A DNA stretch of 64,000 nucleotides from a virus: positions 32,512 through 96,511 of IMG/VR virus record IMGVR_UViG_3300043570_002836. One strand, given 5' to 3'. Shown here in pieces: positions 45,431 to 56,268 of the stretch. The translations under genes were made by a program, and so were the position numbers. The first letter of the stretch is position 1. Each line of letters opens with the position of its first letter. The notes beneath the pieces were generated by a model. The model was not told the origin of the DNA. It was given only the letters and a program-made list of their open reading frames with translations, and searched no databases.

Positions 45431-46447
45431 CTATGTTTTACCAAATCCAGCATTTAATCCAGTATTTACCACCCTACTTTGAATATCTCCTTTGACGTAT
45501 TCTTTGGCAACTTTTACAACAGGTTTAACCATAGGTTTAAGCACTTTAGCAACTGTCGTAACAGGTTTAACCATAGGTTTAACCACTTTAGCAACTTTCA
45601 TAACAGGTTTAATTTTACTAAATTCCACAAAAGTTTGTTCAATTCTGGTTAAAACACCACCAACACGATTAATTATCCCCAATAATGGGTTTAACAGACT
45701 TTTTAATGTAGGAACTTTATTTATTATCGCACTTATCGCTTGTCTAATTTGCAATATTACTTTAGAACCGTAACTACTAATTTTGGTTAAAAACAGTTTA
45801 AGATGACTCCACCAAGTTGTTTTAGACGCTTTTGTGAAGATGTTTATTAATTTAGTTTCACCTTTCAATATAGGTTTAAGAGCCCCCATTATTTTACCAC
45901 CAACACCTGCCAACAATAACCAAATTAAATCGTTAAGAAGGTTAAACCAATTAACGACCCCTTTTTGTACCCAAGAATAAATATCATAAGCAACTAATAA
46001 TCCCCAAGCAACCATATTTATTACGTGACCACCAAAGAGTGATATAACAATTTGTGCAATGCTTCCACCAACACCACTCATAGCATCTCTAAATCCATTC
46101 GCAACTTGTTCCAATGTTAAACCTTGAAAGGGATTTGGAAGCTTTTTAGCTTCACCTTTAGGTGCTGTACTTTTACATATAGTATTCGCGTTTTTATATA
46201 TATAGTCACCCGTCCCGTCAGTTGTATTAGACCAAGGTTTAACCAATTTTTTAGAGTAAGAACTTATTTCTTGTTGTGTCATTTGTCTAAACCCTATGGG
46301 ACATACACTTTGATTTTTACCAGAATTTTTCAAATTGGTCATCCAATCATTACTAATTTTGGGATTACTAATTTTGGGTTGTTCGGATATAACTTTTTTA
46401 ACTAGTCTAACCAAATCGGACTCGGTTAATCTTATTACTTTGCTCAT
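45431..46447 (-). CDS. Hypothetical virion protein with shared leader and KPxV repeats
   Basis: MSKVIRLTESDLVRLVKKVISEQ. Confidence 0.6.
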   Translation of the reverse strand: MSKVIRLTESDLVRLVKKVISEQPKISNPKISNDWMTNLKNSGKNQSVCPIGFRQMTQQEISSYSKKLVKPWSNTTDGTGDYIYKNANTICKSTAPKGEAKKLPNPFQGLTLEQVANGFRDAMSGVGGSIAQIVISLFGGHVINMVAWGLLVAYDIYSWVQKGVVNWFNLLNDLIWLLLAGVGGKIMGALKPILKGETKLINIFTKASKTTWWSHLKLFLTKISSYGSKVILQIRQAISAIINKVPTLKSLLNPLLGIINRVGGVLTRIEQTFVEFSKIKPVMKVAKVVKPMVKPVTTVAKVLKPMVKPVVKVAKEYVKGDIQSRVVNTGLNAGFGKT

Positions 46448-46480
46448 AAAATGTTTTTACTATAAATACATTAAAATGTG

Positions 46481-47005
46481 TTATAGTAAAAATTTAAGTA
46501 TTTTTTCTTTGATACCTGATTGTTTAATCCCTTCTTTCATTTTTTTAGTATGAACGAAGTTAGGTAATTTACTTAAATCCAAATCATCAATAGCTACCCA
46601 ATGTGTTACTTCAGGGTGGTTATTTAACCAAGTATTGATTTCTGACACTCTGTTACCTTCTAAATCAGACATGCGTTTAAGTACGGTGTCAGGTGTAACA
46701 TCAATAGGTGACTTAATCACACCGTATTCTTTAAACATATGTTGTAAGTCTACCAAGGTACAATGTAGTTTCCAATCTGAGGATACAACAATCTCAGCAT
46801 CAGTTAATTCCAATATTTCATTTAGAACTTTAACCGCTTTGGAGTTGAAGTTATCCATCTTGATATGTGCGGGAATTTTTGGGTCGTTAACATAACCCTG
46901 ACTTTCAGGATTGTTTAACTTCCATTTTTTAATCTTTTTCATGCGTCCACCCCACTCGGTAGATAAACACATAACACCATCGTTATCTAAAAATATTACT
47001 TTCAT
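46481..47005 (-). CDS. HAD-family phosphatase (Swiss-Army-knife RNA-repair type)
   Basis: FLDNDGV, IVVSSDWK, WVAIDD. Confidence 0.8.
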   Translation of the reverse strand: MKVIFLDNDGVMCLSTEWGGRMKKIKKWKLNNPESQGYVNDPKIPAHIKMDNFNSKAVKVLNEILELTDAEIVVSSDWKLHCTLVDLQHMFKEYGVIKSPIDVTPDTVLKRMSDLEGNRVSEINTWLNNHPEVTHWVAIDDLDLSKLPNFVHTKKMKEGIKQSGIKEKILKFLL

Positions 47006-47008
47006 AAG

Positions 47009-47491
47009 TTATATAATTTGGTATGCGAAATAAATTTCTTTTTTCAATTTTATTGAGTCTTCGTAATTACCTATAACCACACCATTCTTAATTGTGAACG
47101 CGTGACCTCTAACTAAGATGAAGAATGTTCCTTCAGGGTTTTTCTTAATGAATGTCCCAACAGTCATTTTTCTTTTAACTACCTCACCCTTCACTTTAAC
47201 ATCGTAACGTAAGTCTCCGCGAGTTTTACCAATTGGTTTAATTTTCTTGTAATTACAAGTATAACGAACCTCAGACAATTTATTTAATGTTGAGTACGTA
47301 CTATAAGTCCCTTGTCTTGGTTTTCTATCAAATTTCTCAGAGATTATCCCCCAAGCCTTGTCATAAGGTATGTCAAACGCTGATGCGAATGCTCTTACAA
47401 CACAATCATTTCTCTCCGCTTTAGCGATTGTTGATTCATCATAACCTTTAATCGCGTTAGATGTCATTTCGTATGGTACAGTTGTTTTCAT
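47009..47491 (-). CDS. Hypothetical protein
   Basis: NDCVVRAF...GHAF pattern (possible Cys-His dyad). Confidence 0.55.
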   Translation of the reverse strand: MKTTVPYEMTSNAIKGYDESTIAKAERNDCVVRAFASAFDIPYDKAWGIISEKFDRKPRQGTYSTYSTLNKLSEVRYTCNYKKIKPIGKTRGDLRYDVKVKGEVVKRKMTVGTFIKKNPEGTFFILVRGHAFTIKNGVVIGNYEDSIKLKKEIYFAYQII

Positions 47492-47558
47492 ATATCAAAG
47501 ATACAAAAAAATCTTAAATTACCATAACCACGGAGATAACGTTTTCTAAAATTATCAA

Positions 47559-47762
47559 CTATTCAAAATCTTTATCTTTGATTTTTCTTTCTAATTCAAC
47601 AATTTGGGCAAAACCGCTCAATGCGAACAAAGCAGCACAAGCCCAAGCAACCATTTCCCACGTACTTTTAGTACTGAAATACGAGTTATAAAACGATGAT
47701 ATACCACCAACTAATAATGAGTATTTATTAATCACTGACATTACTTTTTCAAACTTTTTCAT
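47559..47762 (-). CDS. Small membrane protein
   Basis: 67-aa ORF. Confidence 0.45.
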   Translation of the reverse strand: MKKFEKVMSVINKYSLLVGGISSFYNSYFSTKSTWEMVAWACAALFALSGFAQIVELERKIKDKDFE

Positions 47763-47816
47763 AATTTTAAATTTTAGGTTTTGTGTGTTTTATACTTTGT
47801 ATTAATTTATCATATT

Positions 47817-48203
47817 TTATTTATTTAAAACTTCTAAACAATTTTTTTGCCAATCAAAATGGCCAACGTTTAATGGTTGACAACTATCTTTAGATTCCAT
47901 AATTGATATTAATTCGTGTAAGTCATCATCCAAGTGGAATACGAACCCCATACCTTCTAAAAACGTAATCTTATCTTTATGTGCGGTAAACTTAACTCTA
48001 CTATTTGGAATACCAATCCTTTCACAACTTTCCCACAAATCTTTATTCCAATCAGGTTTTGTCCAAGGATGGAGTATAGACTCATCTTCACTTACTCTTG
48101 AAGTAACAACCCATACCTCATACCCTTGTTCGACTAGTTCTTTTGCGAATTCCTCGACATGAGGTAACGATAAGGTACCGTCGTAATCAAAACTAACTTT
48201 CAT
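47817..48203 (-). CDS. HAD-like protein
   Basis: SFDYDGTL, VVTSR, HLDD. Confidence 0.7.
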   Translation of the reverse strand: MKVSFDYDGTLSLPHVEEFAKELVEQGYEVWVVTSRVSEDESILHPWTKPDWNKDLWESCERIGIPNSRVKFTAHKDKITFLEGMGFVFHLDDDLHELISIMESKDSCQPLNVGHFDWQKNCLEVLNK

Positions 48204-48293
48204 AATGTGTGATTTAACTTGTCCTACAAATATAATAAAAAAATCCCAAACTTAAAAGAATGGGATTTTAATTTTATATTAAATTAAGGTTAT

Positions 48294-50165
48294 CTATTTC
48301 ACTTCTTCAAATTCTACATCAGAAACATCGTTTGTGTCATATGATTCATTAGTAGGTTCTTGATTAGATTTATTATAAAGGTTCTCACTGATTGATTGGA
48401 ACTTAGTATTAATAGATTCAATCTTAGAATCTAAAATAGTTATTTCTTTTTTCTCAACTGACTCCTTCAAACTAGTAATAAGTTCATTAATATCTTTTTT
48501 ATCGTCTTCAGAAATTTTATCATCTAAATCTTTTAATGACTTTTCTGATTGGAAGATTGTCGTGTCAGCCTTATTGATTAATTCAACCTCTTCTCTTGCT
48601 TTTTGGTCAGACTCGGCGTTTAATTCAGCGTCGGCCTTCATTCTTTCAATTTCTTCTTTAGATAAACCTGAAGACGCTTCAATTTTAATTGATTGTACTT
48701 TGTTAGTTCCTTTATCCAATGCTGATACGTTAATGATACCGTTAGCATCTATGTCAAAGGTCACTTCTATCTGTGGGACCCCTCTTTGTGATGGTGGGAC
48801 ATCAGTTAATTGGAATTTACCAATGGTTTTATTGTCGCTAGCCATGGCTCTCTCACCTTGTAGTACATGGATATCAACACTTGGTTGATTATCAACTGCC
48901 GTTGAGAATACTTGTGACTTTTTAGTTGGAATTGTTGTGTTTGACTCTATTAATTTAGTGAATATACCACCCATAGTTTCAATACCTAATGATAATGGGG
49001 TAACATCTAATAAAAGTACGTCTTTAACGTCACCAGCTAACACACCACCTTGGATAGCGGCACCTAACGCAACTACCTCATCAGGATTTACCCCTTTTGA
49101 AGGTTCTTTACCGAAGAAACTCTTAACTGCATCCTGAATAGCGGGAATTCTTGTTGTACCACCAACTAAAATAATTTCATCAATGTCAGTTATTTTAATA
49201 CCAGCGTTTTTTAACGCATTTTTACACGGTTCAATTGTTCTCTTAACTAAATTATCAACAAGTTGTTCAAATTTAGATTTTGTTAAAGAAACCACTAAAT
49301 GTTTTGGAATTCCATCAACAGGGATTAAGTATGGTAAGTTAATTTCAGTTGATGATGATGATGACAACTCAATTTTCGCTTTCTCAGCCGCCTCTTTTAA
49401 TCTCTGAAGAGCCATTGGGTCTTTACTTGGGTCAACACCGTTCTCTTTCTTAAACTCATCAATTAAAAAGTTGATAATTGTTTGGTCAAAGTCATCCCCA
49501 CCTAAATGTGTGTCACCATCTGTAGATAATACTTCAAATACACCATCACCTAACTCAAGAATTGAAACATCATGGGTTCCACCACCGCAATCGAATACTA
49601 CAACTAACATATCTTGGTTTTTCTTATCAAGACCGTAAGCCAATGCTGCCGCGGTTGGTTCGTTGATGATACGTCTTACAGTTAAACCCGCAATTTCGCC
49701 AGCTTCTTTGGTTGCCTGACGTTGAGCGTCGTTAAAATGAGCGGGAACTGTAATAACCGCTTCAGTAACTGTTGTTCCCAAGTAATCTTCGGCAGTTTTT
49801 TTCATTTTTTGTAGAATAGTTGCGGAAATCTCCTGTGGAGAATAATCTTTACTCTCAATTTTCACTCTAGGTGAGTTATTCTTACCTTTTATCACTTCAT
49901 ATGGTACTTTCCCTATTTCTGACTTAGATTCGTCAAATGTAGTACCCATAAATCGTTTAATAGAATATACCGTTTTAGTGGGGTTAGTTACAGATTGTCT
50001 TTTTGCGGGGTCACCTACCTTTCTTTCAGATTCGTTAATATATCCAACAACTGAAGGTGTTGTTCTTTTACCTTCACTGTTAGGGATTACCACAGGTTCC
50101 CCATTTTCCATAACCGCCACACATGAATTTGTGGTTCCTAAATCAATACCAATAATTTTACTCAT
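48294..50165 (-). CDS. dnaK: Hsp70 chaperone DnaK
   Basis: [46 protein letters not shown]. Confidence 0.97.
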   Translation of the reverse strand: MSKIIGIDLGTTNSCVAVMENGEPVVIPNSEGKRTTPSVVGYINESERKVGDPAKRQSVTNPTKTVYSIKRFMGTTFDESKSEIGKVPYEVIKGKNNSPRVKIESKDYSPQEISATILQKMKKTAEDYLGTTVTEAVITVPAHFNDAQRQATKEAGEIAGLTVRRIINEPTAAALAYGLDKKNQDMLVVVFDCGGGTHDVSILELGDGVFEVLSTDGDTHLGGDDFDQTIINFLIDEFKKENGVDPSKDPMALQRLKEAAEKAKIELSSSSSTEINLPYLIPVDGIPKHLVVSLTKSKFEQLVDNLVKRTIEPCKNALKNAGIKITDIDEIILVGGTTRIPAIQDAVKSFFGKEPSKGVNPDEVVALGAAIQGGVLAGDVKDVLLLDVTPLSLGIETMGGIFTKLIESNTTIPTKKSQVFSTAVDNQPSVDIHVLQGERAMASDNKTIGKFQLTDVPPSQRGVPQIEVTFDIDANGIINVSALDKGTNKVQSIKIEASSGLSKEEIERMKADAELNAESDQKAREEVELINKADTTIFQSEKSLKDLDDKISEDDKKDINELITSLKESVEKKEITILDSKIESINTKFQSISENLYNKSNQEPTNESYDTNDVSDVEFEEVK

Positions 50166-50301
50166 AATTTTTTTAATTTTTATTTTAATTTACAAAAACA
50201 CTATTAAAATCATACCATCTGTCAAAGTATGACAAAATGTCAGGTTATTTTTTTTTTGTGTCAGTATATAATTATATTAAAAATATTTGTAAATTTGTAG
50301 T

Positions 50302-50469
50302 ATGATAAAGAAAAAAGTAGAAATAGAACATAAAAAGTGGGAAAGAGTGTTTGAAGACGACGATTCAATCACAATCTTTAAATATGATAGTAAACGAAGT
50401 ATGGTTAATCCATATGAAGTTGAAATCAAATATAAGAATGAGAAGAGAGCACCTAAACGTAAAGTTTAA
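50302..50469 (+). CDS. Small hypothetical protein (55 aa)
   Basis: MIKKKVEIEHKKWERVFEDD..., with TAAATTTG promoter upstream. Confidence 0.45.
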   Translation: MIKKKVEIEHKKWERVFEDDDSITIFKYDSKRSMVNPYEVEIKYKNEKRAPKRKV

Positions 50470-51143
50470 CCGTTGTCTTTTGACGCATACTTAATACCCA
50501 TAATGGTTCCAACAATTGAGAACGCGTTTGTAAGTAAGATTCCAAACATATTTGCCCAAGCGGCACTAATAACTTGTGTGTCTTTACCCATAGTAAGGGT
50601 TATGATATAAACTAAGGTTGTTACTAAACCAACACCAATTATCATCCATAAAGCAACCTTAACAATAATTGAGATTAATTCCGTTTGATTTCTTTTTTGG
50701 ATAAAATCTAAGTCATTTTCAGCATTTTCTTTAGCGGTTTCTGCGGTCAGTCTGGCCTGTTCAGATTTAACCATTTCATGTTTTAATTCCTCAGTTAAAC
50801 GGATATTTTCTAATTTCCACTCATTAAGTTCTCGATTTTGAACTTCGTAGGTTAATTTATCTTGACCAACTTCATCTAATGTTTGATTTAATTCGCTTAA
50901 AATTCGACTATTCTCATCATTTAAATCACTTAATTCTTTATTTTGAGATTGAATTTTTTTGGTGATTTCAAGACGTTTTTTTCTTTTATCACTGTCTTTG
51001 GTTTCACATTCCTTTAGATAATTTTTAAAGTCATCGTCATCTTCACTATCAATAAGTTTAGTAATGTTACCTTCAAGACCCACACGTTTGGTAACGTATA
51101 GGTCCATCAATAATTTTTTAGTATTACTATCTATTTTAATCAT
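50466..51143 (-). CDS. Coiled-coil protein with two C-terminal TM helices, coupled to the two-component system
   Basis: Overlaps the response-regulator stop (ATGA). Confidence 0.65.
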   Translation of the reverse strand: MIKIDSNTKKLLMDLYVTKRVGLEGNITKLIDSEDDDDFKNYLKECETKDSDKRKKRLEITKKIQSQNKELSDLNDENSRILSELNQTLDEVGQDKLTYEVQNRELNEWKLENIRLTEELKHEMVKSEQARLTAETAKENAENDLDFIQKRNQTELISIIVKVALWMIIGVGLVTTLVYIITLTMGKDTQVISAAWANMFGILLTNAFSIVGTIMGIKYASKDNG

Positions 51144-51577
51144 TTGTAAACTTTAAATGGTAATGTTCTGTTTTTATAACCTTCATAATCTTTTCTGAAC
51201 TCTTCTAAACGAGGTTCAATGTCATCAGATTTAATAATCCAAAATTGTGCACCCGCTTGAACCGCTTTTGCTTGTTCTTCGGCTTCGTTTGAAGATGATA
51301 TAATCCCAATTACAACGTGATTACCAAACTCAAAATTTATTTTTCTGATTAACTCAATACCATCAAAAGAACTACCAATAATGTTTAAATCAACAAATAC
51401 ACATTCTGGTTTATCATAATTGTCCCCTTCTTGGAACCATTTTTCAAATAGTTTTGCGGCTTCATCAGAACTATTTAATGCGTTTAAAGATAAACTTATG
51501 TCAAGTAATGAACACGCATCTTCAAATACTAAATGGAATAAATCCTCATCATCCACTAATAAAATTGAATCAATCAT
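51140..51577 (-). CDS. Single-domain response regulator (CheY-like receiver)
   Basis: ILLVDD, VFVDLN (phosphoacceptor Asp), DGIELIRKI, ISSS, IIK. Confidence 0.9.
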   Translation of the reverse strand: MIDSILLVDDEDLFHLVFEDACSLLDISLSLNALNSSDEAAKLFEKWFQEGDNYDKPECVFVDLNIIGSSFDGIELIRKINFEFGNHVVIGIISSSNEAEEQAKAVQAGAQFWIIKSDDIEPRLEEFRKDYEGYKNRTLPFKVYK

Positions 51578-51596
51578 TTTTTTTTCGTTTTTTATA

Positions 51597-53720
51597 TTAT
51601 TTTATTTTTATTTTCATTTTTGTACCTGTTTCATTTTTCTCACAGGTAATACTAAATCCATGTTCTTCCAAAATCGCCACACAAATATTTAGACCCAAAC
51701 CAGTTCCTGATTCTTTTTGACCTTCTTTTCTAGTGTAAGGTTTTGATAACTCATCAAAATCTTTTTGGTTAATCCCTCGACCATTATCTTGTATATTCAG
51801 AGTATCACCTTCAAAATAAATTTTAACAAATTTAGTGTCCGAATCATTATACTTTAAACCATTTCTAATCAAGTTGTCAACTGCGGTACAGAATAGAGGT
51901 TCGTTTACCTCAATAGTTGGTAATTCGTCAATAATAACTTGACTAATATATGCCGTTGATAATAAGTAGTCAGTTAGAATCATTTTTAAATCACATTCGG
52001 TTTTGTTTAATACAACATCTTTCTTTACAAGATTGGTAAATTCGTAAACTCCTTTATAAACTTTTTGTGAGTGTTTAAGACCTTCCTTAATCATTTTAAG
52101 TGGGGCTTCGATTTTAAGATTAGTAATATCTTCTTGAGTTAATCTTCTTTCTAATGAGTTAACACCTCTTGGGATGTAAGTATTAATCCCTGAGTGCATA
52201 TCGTGTCTTAATATCTTTGCCGCGTGTTCTAAATACGTGTTTTTCTTTTCAATTTCTTTCTTTTGTTCGTGAGAGTTGGTAATATCTGTGGCTATTTTCA
52301 TAACACGATAAATTTTACCATCTATACCAACAATTGGATTATAAGTCGCCTGCAAATACACTAAGGTCCCATCTTTTTTAGTTCTATTAATTTCCCCTGA
52401 GAATAATATACCTTCTTTTAATTTTTCCCAAAAAACACGATACTCATCACTATTTAAGTCATCATCTGAGATAAACATACTATGGTGTTTTCCGACTATT
52501 TCATCCTGTGATGAATAACCCATAGTATTTAAAAACAATTCATTAGCAAAAAGAATATTTCCATCTAAATCAAACTCAATCACTGCATTAGATTTATTAA
52601 TTGCGTTCATTCTATTACGAATTTCAAGTTCCTTTTTTTTCAGTTCGGTAACATCTTGTCTAATTGATGAAAAACCTTCTAATTTTTGTTCTTTGTCAAA
52701 TAATGCTTTGATGTATGTGTCAACATAATACAGTTCACCTGTTTTTGTTTTATTAGTAACAACATCATTCCATATTTTACCTTTTAATACTTTGTCATAC
52801 ATCTTACCCCAATATCCGTCAGGTTGTGAATCGGAATTAACGATACTATGGTCTTTACCCTTCACATCTTTTAATTTCCAACCCGATACCTCTTCAAATT
52901 TAGAGTTTACGTGAGTTATTTTTCCTTTGTTGTCAGTAATTGAAACAATCGCCGCTTCATTTATGAATTTTTCAGTTTCTATATTTCTTCTCGTTAAATC
53001 ATTACTTTCTTTAACCCAACATGAGAATGAGTAAGTAGACGATAATAATTGAGAAAACTCTAGTTCAGATTTTTTCCACTCACGAGGAGTTAAACTTTCA
53101 ATACATATAACACCAATGACTTCCCCCTTAAAAATAATTGGAACATCCAACATAGATTTTATACCAAGAGGTTTTAGATATGTTTCAGTAAAACAAGAAG
53201 TTGCGGTATGTGTTTTGGCATCATTGGCAACAATTACAGGGTTAATTAAAAGAGCTAAAAAATATGGTTTGAAATCTTTCTTGTTTAGTTTAATGTCTTG
53301 GTACCAAGTGTCTTCTGATTTAACATATAGTTGTTCACATATAATTGAAGTTTTATCGTGATTATATAACCATATAGAACATCTATCCGTATTCATTGTT
53401 TCAGATACTTCTTTAGTTAAAACTTTAGCACCTTCAGAAGTGTTACCTTCATAAAACAAAGTATTATGTGATTGAGAAATTAATACTTCAGTTAATTTTA
53501 CACTATATTTTGATTCAGTATCAATTTGTTTGTTTTTTTTCAAATATTCATTAATGAAGACCATTAAACTTAATACGATTAAACCTTTTGTGTAAAAACT
53601 AAAATGGATTATATTCTCAGTGACTAAGATTAATTCTGTGTAAATTAATACGTGCATTAAGAAAAAAGATAATAACCCAACTACACCAATGGTTAACGAA
53701 ATTCTAGATAATTTATTCAT
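51597..53720 (-). CDS. Sensor histidine kinase (2TM-GAF-PAS-PAS-HisKA-HATPase)
   Basis: H-box ILRHDM, N-box NLIRNGLKY, G1 DNGRGI, G2 GTGLGL; two PAS/PAC repeats; GAF (DRCSIWL...GIKSMLDVPI). Confidence 0.92.
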   Translation of the reverse strand: MNKLSRISLTIGVVGLLSFFLMHVLIYTELILVTENIIHFSFYTKGLIVLSLMVFINEYLKKNKQIDTESKYSVKLTEVLISQSHNTLFYEGNTSEGAKVLTKEVSETMNTDRCSIWLYNHDKTSIICEQLYVKSEDTWYQDIKLNKKDFKPYFLALLINPVIVANDAKTHTATSCFTETYLKPLGIKSMLDVPIIFKGEVIGVICIESLTPREWKKSELEFSQLLSSTYSFSCWVKESNDLTRRNIETEKFINEAAIVSITDNKGKITHVNSKFEEVSGWKLKDVKGKDHSIVNSDSQPDGYWGKMYDKVLKGKIWNDVVTNKTKTGELYYVDTYIKALFDKEQKLEGFSSIRQDVTELKKKELEIRNRMNAINKSNAVIEFDLDGNILFANELFLNTMGYSSQDEIVGKHHSMFISDDDLNSDEYRVFWEKLKEGILFSGEINRTKKDGTLVYLQATYNPIVGIDGKIYRVMKIATDITNSHEQKKEIEKKNTYLEHAAKILRHDMHSGINTYIPRGVNSLERRLTQEDITNLKIEAPLKMIKEGLKHSQKVYKGVYEFTNLVKKDVVLNKTECDLKMILTDYLLSTAYISQVIIDELPTIEVNEPLFCTAVDNLIRNGLKYNDSDTKFVKIYFEGDTLNIQDNGRGINQKDFDELSKPYTRKEGQKESGTGLGLNICVAILEEHGFSITCEKNETGTKMKIKIK

Positions 53721-53863
53721 GCTTAATAAATATTCTAATAAACCAAAAAACCCCCAAGTTTTAACAAGGGGGTCTTAAACGAAAAAAACTAAATTATTTA
53801 TTTTCGGAATGTCGTTATTTATTCAAATTATAAACCAATGTCTAATATTTATCAATATAAAAT

Positions 53864-54703
53864 TTGAATATTATGTTAAAAATTGGTTCAACAGGGGAAG
53901 ATGTAAAAACGTTACAATCTAAATTGGGATTAACACCTGATGGTGTATTTGGTCCTGGCACTGAAAAAGCGGTTAAATCATGGCAAACTAATAATGGTTT
54001 GACTTCCGATGGTATTATCGGTCAACAATCGTGGAGTAAATTATTTGGTGATACAAAATCTATAGTTAAAGAAGATGTTGTTATTACCCCAACAACAAGT
54101 GGGTTAAACATTGATAAATTACGTGGTCATATACCTGACACTGTTTTATCTCAAATTGATGAAACCGCAAAAAAGTTTCGTATTACAACAAATTTAAGAT
54201 TAGCTCATTTCTTATCACAATGTTCACATGAAAGTGGTGGTTTTAGAGTAACAGTTGAAAATTTACATTACTCGTCAGATGGTCTTAAAAAAGTGTTCGG
54301 AAAGTATTTTCCAGGAAATCTTTCAGAATCGTACGCAAAACAACCTGAAAAGATAGCTTCAAGAGTTTATGGTGGAAGAATGGGTAATGGTGATGAAACG
54401 ACCAAGGAAGGGTTTAAATTCCGTGGACGAGGGTTCATCCAATTAACAGGTAAATCTAACTATGTAAACTTCACTAAGTTCATTGGTGAGGATTGTGTTT
54501 CTAATCCTGATTTGGTTTCAACTAAATACCCATTAGCATCTGCAGCTTATTTCTTTGATGCTAACACTTTATGGAGTGTTTGTGATAAAGGTGCTGACGA
54601 TAAAACAGTTGCTTTAGTAACAAAAAGAGTTAACGGTGGAACTAACGGTCTTGAGGATAGATTAAAACACTTTAAAGAATATTACAAATTATTAACCCAA
54701 TAA
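53864..54703 (+). CDS. Endolysin: peptidoglycan-binding domain plus GH19 (chitinase-like) catalytic domain
   Basis: DGVFGPGTEKAVK.WQ...DGIIG; AHFLSQCSHESG, FRGRGFIQLTG, VNGGTNGL. Confidence 0.9.
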   Translation: MNIMLKIGSTGEDVKTLQSKLGLTPDGVFGPGTEKAVKSWQTNNGLTSDGIIGQQSWSKLFGDTKSIVKEDVVITPTTSGLNIDKLRGHIPDTVLSQIDETAKKFRITTNLRLAHFLSQCSHESGGFRVTVENLHYSSDGLKKVFGKYFPGNLSESYAKQPEKIASRVYGGRMGNGDETTKEGFKFRGRGFIQLTGKSNYVNFTKFIGEDCVSNPDLVSTKYPLASAAYFFDANTLWSVCDKGADDKTVALVTKRVNGGTNGLEDRLKHFKEYYKLLTQ

Positions 54704-54736
54704 AACAAAACCCCTCGTTTGAGGGGTTTTTTGTTT

Positions 54737-55447
54737 TTATAAGAATGTGATTTCATTTGTTACAGAATCCCATTCGAATTTCCATGGTGTTTGAGAGTAT
54801 AAGTATTGTTCATTCAATAATGACGCATTGAAGAAGTGAGTGTGTCCATCGAAGTAGTGACCGTGTCCTGTGTGGATGTGACCACATACGTGAATCTTTG
54901 GTTTGATTTGTTTGATTTTCTCAGCAAGTAATTCACAACCTAAGTGGTCTCCTCGGCGACCATCAACATCATCTAAGAATCCCCATGCTGGCCCGTGAGT
55001 GATTAAGATATCAATATCTTCAGGAATCATATCCCATTTCGCTTTTAACTCATCACCATTTTTTGGTAAGTTGAACGCCCAATTGTAGAATTCAGGTTGC
55101 CAAGGAGAACCCCATATTTTAACTTCAGGTTTGTCACCATCTTGGATAGTTAACAATTCATCTTGGATGTAATCAATACTTTTGTATCCTGTTAAGTTAC
55201 CTTTAACTTTTTCAGCGTTATTTTGGAATCCCCAATCGTGATTACCCGCGATGAATATTTTGTGGTCATAGTTAAGACCATCGTACCATTTAGCGAATTC
55301 ATTTATTTCGTGTTCGTAACCCATAGATGATATGTCACCTGCGTGGATTAAGATATTTCCCCCAGGTAAGTCACCCAAAGAGTTGTTGTGAACATGTTTA
55401 TGTTTGTTGTGTGTATCACTGATTAATGTTACTGTGTATTTTCCCAT
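54737..55447 (-). CDS. Metallophosphoesterase (MPPED/239FB-like)
   Basis: ISDTH, HAGD, AGNHD, THGP, GHIH. Confidence 0.88.
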   Translation of the reverse strand: MGKYTVTLISDTHNKHKHVHNNSLGDLPGGNILIHAGDISSMGYEHEINEFAKWYDGLNYDHKIFIAGNHDWGFQNNAEKVKGNLTGYKSIDYIQDELLTIQDGDKPEVKIWGSPWQPEFYNWAFNLPKNGDELKAKWDMIPEDIDILITHGPAWGFLDDVDGRRGDHLGCELLAEKIKQIKPKIHVCGHIHTGHGHYFDGHTHFFNASLLNEQYLYSQTPWKFEWDSVTNEITFL

Positions 55448-55471
55448 TTTAAAAGTTTTTTACAAATATAA

Positions 55472-55666
55472 TTAAAATTTATTATTTTGGGTTAAATGTT
55501 TTATTAAATCATCAATTGATAATTCATCTTTTGGTTTACCAAGATTATATGAGGTAAAAGTTTTATCTCCGTTTTTTAATTTAACCATCAGATAACCTAG
55601 TTCACTTAAATATATTTTTTCTAATTCACCCACACCATTGGGGGTGTTAATCGTCAATCCCACCAT
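55472..55666 (-). CDS. Hypothetical protein
   Basis: 64-aa ORF in operon. Confidence 0.5.
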   Translation of the reverse strand: MVGLTINTPNGVGELEKIYLSELGYLMVKLKNGDKTFTSYNLGKPKDELSIDDLIKHLTQNNKF

Positions 55667-56268
55667 CCCTCGACACGATTTGACATTATTTTGAATACTA
55701 ATTTACGACATCTATCTTGATTTTCGTGAGCAATTTCCATTGCAATTAGGTTTTTATCTTTTTCTTCTACAGGTCGACTGAATCGGTTAACCTCACCTGA
55801 CATCACACGTTTGTATTGACGTGGGTATTTTTTGAAGTATTCATCAAAATTCTCACTAATTTCTTCAATCTCCAATCTTTTGGAATCTTTATATTTTTCA
55901 GGGATATTATCTACATCTGTAACATCCAACCAAAGAATGTTAGATTCGTGATAATCCATATATTCCATATTGTAGTGGTCATCTTGACAACGTTGGATTA
56001 AACGTGAAGTTAATCTCATTAATTCGGCATCACGTTTAGCATTAGTGTGTCTATTTTTCCCACCGATATATTCAGCTTGGTTGTTCAATTTAACTCTAAT
56101 AACTTCATAAATGAAAAATGAATCCCAATCACGGTCTTTCCATATTACAGGAAACCATTTCCATAGGTTTTTAACACCTTCAATAAAGTTTTTGTGGCAA
56201 TATTTACCATCAAATCTCCACCATAAACGGATTTTTTCAAATATGGTTATTTTTTCATCTCTTACCAT
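55654..56268 (-). CDS. Hypothetical protein
   Basis: NLWKWFPVIWKDRDWD...GWWD, Trp-rich pattern. Confidence 0.65.
   Translation of the reverse strand: MVRDEKITIFEKIRLWWRFDGKYCHKNFIEGVKNLWKWFPVIWKDRDWDSFFIYEVIRVKLNNQAEYIGGKNRHTNAKRDAELMRLTSRLIQRCQDDHYNMEYMDYHESNILWLDVTDVDNIPEKYKDSKRLEIEEISENFDEYFKKYPRQYKRVMSGEVNRFSRPVEEKDKNLIAMEIAHENQDRCRKLVFKIMSNRVEGWWD

Noticed and set aside
48294-53720. Bacterial chromosomal segment (dnaK, two-component system)
   Set aside because: Same promoter motifs, composition and apparent GATC avoidance as the flanking phage genes; no grpE/dnaJ or other host operon context.
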